A program made the position numbers and the translations under genes. A model generated the notes under the pieces. The model ran no database searches and was not told the origin of the DNA. It was given only the letters and a program-made list of their open reading frames with translations. Below, piece by piece: positions 1 through 8,900 of a stretch of 64,000 bases of DNA. Source of the stretch: Eledone cirrhosa (taxonomy: Eukaryota); contig OZ024740.1 of the NCBI GenBank assembly GCA_964016885.1, forward strand, positions 252,278,001 to 252,342,000, written 5' to 3'. The first letter of the stretch is position 1; each line of letters opens with the position of its first letter.

Positions 1-98
1 ACCACGTAAGATTGACAGCTCGTAACAACGGAGCAATAAATATCTGTTGGTATAATGTTTGTGTTAGTAACGAATAGATTAGATAGACAGACAGATGG

Positions 99-101
<3 letters not shown>

Positions 102-163
<62 letters not shown>
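102..163. repeat. (AG)n microsatellite, about 31 units
   Basis: Perfect AG dinucleotide run read directly from the sequence. Confidence 0.98.
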
Positions 164-167
<4 letters not shown>

Positions 168-195
168 AGTGAAGAAGTGATATAAAGAAAGAATG

Positions 196-304
196 AATCC
201 CGGTACTGGATTGGTACTTTTTTAAATTCAGAGCGCAGAGAGCCCGAACGAATATTGCTAAGTACTCAATCCTACGTTCTAACAACTCAGCCAATTCGCT
301 GCCT
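196..304 (-). mobile_element. Internally deleted, decayed tRNA-derived SINE fragment (same family as 1519-1730 and 4585-4796)
   Basis: ATCCCGGTACTGGATTGGTACTTT...ATTCAGAGCGCAGAGAGCCCG...ACGTTCTAACAACTCAGCCAATTC aligns by eye with GACCCCAGTACATTACTGGTGCTTT...ACTCAAAACGTAAAGGGCCG...ACGCTCTAACGATACTGCCAATCC at 4646-4796; the middle part is missing. Confidence 0.55.
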
Positions 305-531
305 TTTGGTAGACAAATAGTTCACTACGTTAGAAATACATCTCCTCACAAAAGATATAAATAATATTTTAGGGGGCAGATGGACTATTGAAGAGAGAAT
401 TAGGAATCTGGGGTAAGTGACGCAACTGGAACAACATATATTCCATACTATGAACTCAAGATTACTTTGATGTAATTTGTTTCTTAAATACAACAATCTC
501 CGGTTTATTAAAGCCCTATATACGTCGAGAG

Positions 532-806
<275 letters not shown>

Positions 807-948
807 ATGCAGTTAAAATCTATTTGACATTGACAGTTATAATGATTCTTAATGACTATCTTTCTAGCCGTAAAATTTCCGTTGTTACCAACTTACACAG
901 ACATTGATAACATTTACTTTAAACTTTTTGTTGTCGTTATTGTGTTTA

Positions 949-1114
949 ACACACACACACACATATATATATACACACACACACATACGCACACTCACAC
1001 ACACACATATATACATATATATACACACACATACGTACACTCACACACACACACACATACATATATACACACACACACATACGCACACTCACACATACAC
1101 ACACACACACACAC

Positions 1115-1158
<44 letters not shown>

Positions 1159-1178
1159 TTGTGTGCGTCTGTGTATGT

Positions 1179-1255
<77 letters not shown>

Positions 1256-1274
1256 TGCGTGTGTGTGTATGTAT
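949..1274. repeat. Compound (CA)n/(TA)n/(GT)n microsatellite
   Basis: CA-rich left arm (949-1116), (TA)n centre (about 1124-1155), GT-rich right arm (1161-1274). Explains the HT/YI/CV-repeat ORFs. Confidence 0.97.
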
Positions 1275-1518
1275 CATTGATATCTTACGTCATTTTTTTT
1301 ACACTTATTCATGCTGTTGATATTTTCAAAAGCTTTTCTCTTCCTTATTTTCTTTAATTCATTTTCTTCCGTCTCCAACTGCTGATTCCATTATACATAT
1401 ATGCTGCCTCGATGTTAAGCTTTCTTTCCTGCTATTAACTCAAACACTTATTAAGATTCCACTGCTATTTAAACTAAACTTACAATATTTGCTACAAATA
1501 TCATAAACTTAAGAATTT

Positions 1519-1730
1519 TTTCTGAAATACACACAATACCAGTAACATTGCAGGGAGGTGGAGTGGGGGGGAATCAATTAAATTGACCACAGTACTTCAT
1601 TGATACCTTTTAAAATTGACCTCAGAAGAATGAAAAGCAAAGTTGACCTCGGTGGAACTTGAAACTAAAATTTCAAGAGCCGAGATATGCTGCAATGTAT
1701 TTCTCCAACGCTCTAACGATTCATCAACCT
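1519..1730 (-). mobile_element. Decayed tRNA-derived SINE copy
   Basis: Colinear with 4585-4796: TTAAATTGACCACAGTAC vs TTAAATTGACCCCAGTAC, ATGAAAAGCAAAGTTGAC vs ATGAAAGGCAAAGCTAAC, ACGCTCTAACGAT in both. Confidence 0.75.
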
Positions 1731-1823
1731 TCATAGACTTAAATAAAGTTCTTAACCAACTACAACAGAACTAGATTCATCTTTATAGTTATGATATATT
1801 TCAACTTCCCATATATATATACA

Positions 1824-1826
<3 letters not shown>

Positions 1827-1886
<60 letters not shown>
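1827..1886. repeat. (AT)n microsatellite, about 30 units, left flank of the PLE remnant
   Basis: Perfect AT run; a shorter AT run lies at 1811-1821. Confidence 0.98.
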
Positions 1887-1889
<3 letters not shown>

Positions 1890-2727
1890 ACCTAAAATGG
1901 GATATAATAGCAGCTGCCCCACCATATCCCACGGACAGGAATTTTGTAAATTGTGTAATATGGAATTATTTTGTATTATGAAATCCAAAAATATTTTATT
2001 AAATAACAGAATAGAGCGATCGTTATACTGTAACCATCACTTAAAATCTACATTTTCATATTACAAACACTACCAGGATTGAACGCCTGTCTCCATCTCC
2101 GTTTGATTGTCAAAATACATATTAGCATTCTCTATTAGTCTTAATTCTATCAACTCTTCTATTCTTTACCATTTAATATAAACTGCTATAGATAAAATGA
2201 GATTTCTTAATTCAATTCCCTAATGCATATACCAGCAGGCTACCAGCATTGTTGTTATTCAGTAGCAGTGAAAATCTCCCTCTTCCTTAATTGACACTTT
2301 ATAATTAATACTACTACACCAAACAACCAGCCCTGTCCATTGTTCAATTGGTCAAGTATAGATTAAAATAGGCACTCCCAAAAATTCTTATTTAGATAAA
2401 ATAAACCATATACTCATTGTATTCTCATTAGAAACCCTTTATATACTTGTTTACCAGTAAATTGAATTGCCATCTGTCATATACTATCCCCTCTCTTCTT
2501 CCTTTATTACAACTAATATAAATACTTCAATTTTTCTGATTTTTTCCAATTTATCCAATATCTCTGAAGAAGTGACAACTGATTATACATTTGCTATCGA
2601 ATACTTGCTAACATTATATGATTGCGCAAGCAGCGATACATAGGTATTCCGTTTGATACGGAAACATATGTCAATACCTAATAAATTCCTTTTTTAAAAT
2701 AAAGCACTTTCATTTTATATTCATCTT

Positions 2728-2730
<3 letters not shown>
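1886..2730 (+). mobile_element. 5'-truncated Penelope-like retroelement (PLE) remnant: end of the endonuclease ORF plus about 650 bp of 3' UTR/pLTR, bounded by (AT)n on both sides
   Basis: Protein motif at 1889-2082 (next feature), AATAAA signals near 2680-2703, a hammerhead-like 3' half at 2661-2680, and sharp boundaries at (AT)30 and (TA)15. Confidence 0.7.
1889..2082 (+). pseudogene. C-terminal fragment of a PLE GIY-YIG endonuclease domain, one frameshift
   Basis: Frame from 1889 gives NLKWDIIAAAPPY; after a 1-nt deletion near 1928 the 1897..2082 frame continues HGQEFCKLCNMELFCIMKSKNILLNNRIERSLYCNHH...*. The joined pattern W.I.....Y......CxLC..E...I......LN.R.E....CxH matches my recollection of the C-terminus of PLE (Naiad-type) GIY-YIG domains. 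No search was run. Confidence 0.72.

Positions 2731-2760
<30 letters not shown>
2731..2760. repeat. (TA)15 microsatellite separating the PLE remnant and the retrozyme-like element
   Basis: Perfect TA run. Confidence 0.98.
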
Positions 2761-2764
<4 letters not shown>

Positions 2765-2999
2765 CAAATAACGAAACGAAATTAAATTTCGTTTCGTTTG
2801 TAACTCACTTTTGTATGACTGACGCTTAAACAATTATGTTAAAAATGTACATCCACATATGTATACTGAAATACTAGTATGCATATGAATACACACACGT
2901 ATACATATGTAGATGTACCGAGTTTTTCACTGGTCACTTTACTGTGAGTGTCCAGCTATTCTGTATGTAAACACAGACAAACCGGTTTTTAGAGTCATA
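2758..2999. repeat. Direct repeat copy 1 (242 bp)
   Basis: Near-identical to 3222-3465; visible differences are TATGTT/TAAGTT, ACACAG/ACACACAG and TTTTTAG/TTTTGAG. Confidence 0.97.
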
Positions 3000-3050
3000 C
3001 TGGTTTTTGAGGAAACACCTTTCCTCTATTCTCCAGAAAGCCAGACAAGG

Positions 3051-3095
3051 AATATTGAACTAGTTTCGATGTTGTTACATCTCATCAGCAATATT
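3051..3095 (-). ncRNA. Type I hammerhead ribozyme (minimal metazoan type, palindromic short stem III)
   Basis: Minus strand reads AAUAUUG-CUGAUGA-GAUGU(AACA)ACAUC-GAAA-CUAG-UU^CAAUAUU: 7-bp stem I, invariant CUGAUGA and GAAA core, 5-bp stem II, palindromic ACUAGU stem III, and a GUU cleavage triplet. Predicted cut between 3058 and 3057. Confidence 0.92.
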
Positions 3096-3221
3096 TACCT
3101 ATCTTCCGGCCTTTCTAGAGAATCGTAAAAGCACATATCGTTATATGCTTTTTCTATGAAAATTAGTAGTGGGCAGACTAATTTGCATAGAGCGTGAGTA
3201 CGTACCGGTTCAACGGAGACG

Positions 3222-3465
3222 ATAAAAACAAATAACGAAACGAAATTAAATTTCGTTTCGTTTGTAACTCACTTTTGTATGACTGACGCTTAAACAATTA
3301 AGTTAAAAATGTACATCCACATATGTATACTGAAATACTAGTATGCATATGAATACACACACGTATACATATGTAGATGTACCGAGTTTTTCACTGGTCA
3401 CTTTACTGTGAGTGTCCAGCTATTCTGTATGTAAACACACAGACAAACCGGTTTTGAGAGTCATA
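3222..3465. repeat. Direct repeat copy 2 (244 bp)
   Basis: Near-identical to 2758-2999. Confidence 0.97.
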
Positions 3466-3517
3466 TATATATAATAGAGAAACGAAAATCAATTACTGAA
3501 TTTCAGAGACTTATCAA

Positions 3518-3753
3518 ACCAGAGTTTATCCCAGTTTCATGTGACATTAAGCAACTGAGGACATAAGGTTCTTCCCTGGAGAGGATGCTGTCTATTGCAA
3601 GATGAATGCTCAAGGGCTGTTGATATAAATTTCATTCCAGCTGAGTGGCTGAGGCAACGTGAAATGTAGTGCCTTGTTCAGGAAGACAACGCTTCATAGA
3701 TCGAAACCTGGCCTTATGATCATGTGACTAACACCATAAGACAACACACCTTC
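3518..3753 (-). mobile_element. Decayed tRNA-derived SINE, probably MetaSINE-type
   Basis: TATCCCAGTTTCATGTGACATTAAGCAACTGAGG...CCCTGGAGAGGATGCTGTCTATTGCAAG resembles the recalled Meta-domain consensus; GCAACGTGAAATGTAGTGCCTTGTTCAGGAAGACAACGC...GATCGAAACC gives a minus-strand B-box-like GGTTTCGATC. Confidence 0.55.
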
Positions 3754-3887
3754 TTAACCAACTATAGAATATTTGGATTCCTCTTTATAGTTAAAATATA
3801 TAATACAACTCTGAGTAACCAGAGACAACTTGCTAACCGATTTTTCTTTTAGATCGCGGCTTCATTTATTAGTATATTATTGGTATC

Positions 3888-4222
3888 AGACACAAGCATG
3901 ACTGGGAGTTTGAGAAGTTCGCTTCAGAATCATGAAGTCCCAGGTTCGATCACATTGTATAACATCTTGGGCGTCAATGTTGGGTGTCTTTACCAAAGTG
4001 TCAGGTCGACTCAACTCTTACCAGTGAAAATGTGTAGACAGAAACTGTGTTGAAACCAGTCAGTTGGATTGTACATGCAATTCAAATGTCCATCCCTGTT
4101 AAGTATTGTGCCACGCTTATTTAATTTGGTAACTGCGTTAAGGCTACACGTGTCTGTGGGATACACAGACATTTAATCTCGAGTTGGCCCAGTTGAAACC
4201 ATCAAAGGATCCACCATCGTTG
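3888..4222 (+). mobile_element. Decayed tRNA-derived SINE
   Basis: B-box-like GGTTCGATCAC at about 3942-3952, followed by CATCTTGGGC...GTGTCTTT...GGTCGAC...GTAGACAGAAACTG, similar to recalled octopus SINE bodies. Confidence 0.55.
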
Positions 4223-4584
4223 GTATCCTTCAATCTTCATTTGCAAATATTTTTTTCCCTTTAGAAAACTGAGATCTATCTTGACTTAGTTAAAAAAATA
4301 ACAGAGCAAGCTAAATGGTAAACAAGTTGAGAAGAGCAGAAACCTTGTTAGTAAATATACAATAAAGAGATGAGGAACATATATGATGGATGGCAATACA
4401 TGGAACACACCGAAGAACTGATATCATTTACAGTAAAAGGTCAACTAATTTAGCAGTGATGCTGGTGTTTGTTTTTCTCACAGAAAGTACAATAGAACCT
4501 TAGTCCTCTCCATCCCGTCGACTGGAACCACGAGGTGGACGTGGGTAGGAGTAGGGTGGCAGTCTTCAGACGAAAGGGTTAATA

Positions 4585-4796
4585 ATGATTTCTGATTTAG
4601 GCACAAGACCACCAATTTTTAGGGGAGGGTAAAGTTGTTTAAATTGACCCCAGTACATTACTGGTGCTTTATTTTATCGAACCCGTCGGGATGAAAGGCA
4701 AAGCTAACATTGGTGGGATATGAACTCAAAACGTAAAGGGCCGTAAATCTATGTTGCAAAGCATGGTGTCTGACGCTCTAACGATACTGCCAATCC
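4585..4796 (-). mobile_element. tRNA-derived SINE, best-preserved copy of the family in this window
   Basis: Minus strand begins TGGCAGTATCGTTAGAGCGTCA (A-box-like), then GAGTTCATATCCC (B-box-like), then TTTGCCTTTCATCCCGACGGGTTCGATAAAATAAAGCACCAGT, resembling the Nin/Deu-type central domain. Two further copies occur in the window. Confidence 0.8.
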
Positions 4797-4865
4797 AAGA
4801 ATTAATAATATAGACACACACTCACATGAATAAAATAGTAAGTTAACTCGGAGTCTTAGTTATAC

Positions 4866-4950
4866 AAAATGACTGGATGGTCAAAGTCAGAATATCTTTG
4901 ATCATAGGTCTGTTGAATTAGGACCGATTCAATAAAAGCAGCTTGGTAAA
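4866..4950 (+). mobile_element. Possible 3' tail fragment of a SINE abutting the satellite
   Basis: TGACTGGATGGTCAAAGTCAGAATATCTTTGATCATAGGTCTGTTGAATTAGGACCGA resembles a recalled octopus repeat tail that ends in TAAAC(AAC)n. Recognition from memory only. Confidence 0.35.
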
Positions 4951-5967
4951 CACTACCAAAACCATTAACATCACCAACACCGCCAACACTACCAACACCA
5001 CTAACAGCACTAACACTAACAACGCTACCAACACCATTAAAACCACCAACACCAACACCAACACCAACAAGACCACTAACGCTACCAACACTAACAACAC
5101 GAGCAACACCACCAACGCTAACAACACAACCAACAACACCAACACTACCAATTCCATTAAAACCATCAACTCTACAAACACCACCAGCACCAACATCACT
5201 AACACCACAAACATCACCAATGCCACCAATACTACCAACGCCCCCAACACTAGCACCACAGAGACCACCAACCCCACCAATGCTACTAACGCCACCAACA
5301 CCATTAACAACACTATCACCTCCAACACCACCAATACCACCAACACCACCACCACTACCAACACTACAATATCACCAACACCACCAACACCACAACATTA
5401 CCAAGGCTAGCAACACCATTAACACCACTATTATCACCAACACCACAAAAAACACCAGCAGCACTCACATCACCAACACCACCAACACCACAATCATCAC
5501 CAACACCCCCAACACCACCAACACCACTCAAACCAAGAACACTACAACACCACCAACACCACTCACATCACCAACACCACCAACACCACTCACATCACCA
5601 ACACCGCTCACATCACGAACACCACCAATAACACCAACAGCACTCACACCACCAACACTACAACACCACCTACACCACTCACACCACCAACACCACCAAC
5701 ACCACCAACACCACTCACACCACCAACACTACAACACAACCAACACCACTCACAGCACCAACACCACCAACACCACCAACACCACTCACACCACCAACGC
5801 TACCAACACCACCAACACCACTCACACCACCAACACTACCAAAACCACTCACACCGCCAACGCTACCAACACAACCAACACCACCAACACCACTCACACC
5901 ACCAACGCTACCAACACCACCAACACCACTCACACCACCAAAACTACCAACGCCACTCACACCGCCA

Positions 5968-8900
5968 ACGCTACCAACACCATTAAAACAACTATCACCA
6001 CCAACACTACAATACCACCAACACCACCAATACCACTCACATCACCAACACCCCCAACACCACCAACAACACTCACACCACCAACACCACTCACACCACC
6101 AACACCACCAACACCACTCACACCACCAACACCCCCAACACCACCAAAACCACTCACACCACCAACGCTACCAACACCACCAACACCACTCCAACCACCA
6201 AAACCACCAACACCACTCACACCACCAACACCCCCAACACCACCAACACCGCTCACACCACCAACACCACTCACACCACCAACACTATCAACACTAACAA
6301 CACCACCAACACCACTCACACCACCAACACCACCAACACCACTCGCACCACCAAAACCACTCACACCACCAACGCCACCAACACTACCAACACCACCAAC
6401 ACCACTCACACCACCAACACCACCAACACCACTCACACCACCAACACCACTCACACCACCAACACCACCAACACTACCAACACCACCAACACCACTCACA
6501 CCACCAACACCACCAACACCACTCACACCACTCACACCACCAACACTACCAACACCACCAACACCACTCACACCACTCACACCACCAACACTACCAACAC
6601 CACCAACATCACTCACACCACCAACACCACTCACACCACCAACACCACTCACACCACCAACACCACCAACACTACCAACACCACCAACACCACTCACACC
6701 ACCAACACTACTCACATCACCAACACCCCCAACACCACTCACACCACCAACACTACCAACACCACTAACACCACTCACACCACCAACACTGCTCACACCA
6801 CCGACACTACCAACACCACCAACACCACCAACACCACCAACACCACCAACACCACCAACACCACCAACACCACTCACACCACCAACACCACCAACACCAC
6901 CAACACCACCAACACCACCAACACCACTCACACCACCAACACCACCAACACCACCAACACCACCAACACCACCAACACTACCAACACCACCAACACCACT
7001 CACACCACCAACACTACCAACACCACCAACACCACCAACACCACTCATACCACTCACACCACCAACACTACCAACATCACCAACACCACTCACACCACCA
7101 ACACCACTCACACCACCAACACCCACAACACCACCAACACCCCTCACACCACCAACACCACCAACACCCCTCACACCCCCAACAGCACCAACACCACTCA
7201 CACCGCCAACACTACCAACACCACCAACACCCCTCACACCACCAACACCACCAACACCCCTCACACCACTCACACCACCAACACCACCAACACCACACAC
7301 ACCACTCACACCACCAACACCACCAACACCACCAACACCACTCACACCACTCACACCACCAGCACCACCAAAACCACCAACACCACTCACACCACTCACA
7401 CCACCAACACCACCAACACCACCAACACCCCTCACACCACTCACGCCACCAACACCACCAATACCACTCACACCACTCACACCACCAACACCACCAACAC
7501 CACCAACACCACCAACACCACTCACACCTCCAACACTACAACCACCACCAACACCACTCACACCACCAAAACTACTCACACCACCAACACTACCAACACC
7601 ACCAAAGCCAACAGCAGCACACAGACGACCAACGCCACTAACACCATCAACACCACCAACACCACCAACACCAGCAACACCGCTCACACCACTCACACTA
7701 CCAACACCACCAACACCGCTCACACCACCAACACTACCAACACCACCAACACCACCAACACCACTCACACCACCAACACCGCTCACACCACCAACACTAC
7801 CAACACCACCAACACCACCAACACCACTCACACCACCAACGCTACCAACACCACCAACACCACCAACACCACTCACACCACCAACGCTACCAACACCACC
7901 AACACCACTCACACCACCAACACCACCAACACCACTCACACCACCAACGCTACCAACACCACCAACACCACTCACACCACCAACACTACCAACGCCACTC
8001 ACACCGCCAACGCTACCAACACCATTAAAACAACTATCACCACCAACACTACAATACCACCAACACCACCAATACCACTCACATCACCAACACCCCCAAC
8101 ACCACCAACAACACTCACACCACCAACACCACTCACACCACCAACACCACCAACACCACTCACACCACCAACACCCCCAACACCACCAAAACCACTCACA
8201 CCACCAACGCTACCAACACCACCAACACCACTCCAACCACCAAAACCACCAACACCACTCACACCACCAACACCCCCAACACCACCAACACCGCTCACAC
8301 CACCAACACCACTCACACCACCAACACCATCAACACTAACAACACCACCAACACCACTCACACCACCAACACCACCAACACCACTCGCACCACCAAAACC
8401 ACTCACACCACCAACACCACCAACACTACCAACACCACCAACACCACTCACACCACCAACACCACCAACACCACTCACACCACCAACACCACTCACACCA
8501 CCAACACCACCAACACTACCAACACCACCAACACCACTCACACCACCAACACCACCAACACCACTCACACCACTCACACCACCAACACTACCAACACCAC
8601 CAACACCACTCACACCACTCACACCACCAACACTACCAACACCACCAACATCACTCACACCACCAACACCACTCACACCACCAACACCACTCACACCACC
8701 AACACCACCAACACTACCAACACCACCAACACCACTCACACCACCAACACTACTCACATCACCAACACTCCCAACACCACTCACACCACCAACACTACCA
8801 ACACCACTAACACCACTCACACCACCAACACTGCTCACACCACCAACACTACCAACACCACCAACACCACCAACACCACCAACACCACCAACACCACCAA

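Larger units (their letters stand above)
2758..3465 (-). mobile_element. Retrozyme-like non-autonomous retroelement: about 1.5 tandem copies of a 464-bp unit containing a hammerhead ribozyme, flanked by (TA)n
   Basis: Direct repeats 2758-2999 and 3222-3465 (offset 464), hammerhead at 3051-3095 on the minus strand, many hairpins, no credible ORF, TA runs at 2731-2760 and 3463-3473. Confidence 0.82.

Noticed and set aside
2083-2730. SECIS element in the PLE 3' UTR (some Naiad PLEs encode selenoproteins)
   Set aside because: No in-frame UGA within the surviving motif and no convincing AUGA/AA/GA kink-turn stem seen by eye; SECISearch would be needed to exclude it.
2913-3128. 71-aa ORF inside the 464-bp unit
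   Set aside because: No recognisable motif, antisense to the hammerhead, and its repeated portion is frameshifted by a CA indel in copy 2.
2758-3465. TRIM or LTR retrotransposon interpretation of the direct repeats
   Set aside because: No TG...CA termini, primer-binding site or polypurine tract evident; the internal hammerhead and TA flanks fit a PLE-associated retrozyme better.
3888-4796. tRNA genes suggested by A-box and B-box-like motifs
   Set aside because: No cloverleaf can be formed; the motifs are heads of decayed SINEs.
5220-8339. 1039-aa Pro/Thr/His-rich ORF resembling a mucin or extensin
   Set aside because: It drifts through all three repeat registers (PPT, TTN, HHQ) at 8-bp units; stops are simply rare in A/C-only sequence. 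No signal peptide or non-repetitive domain.
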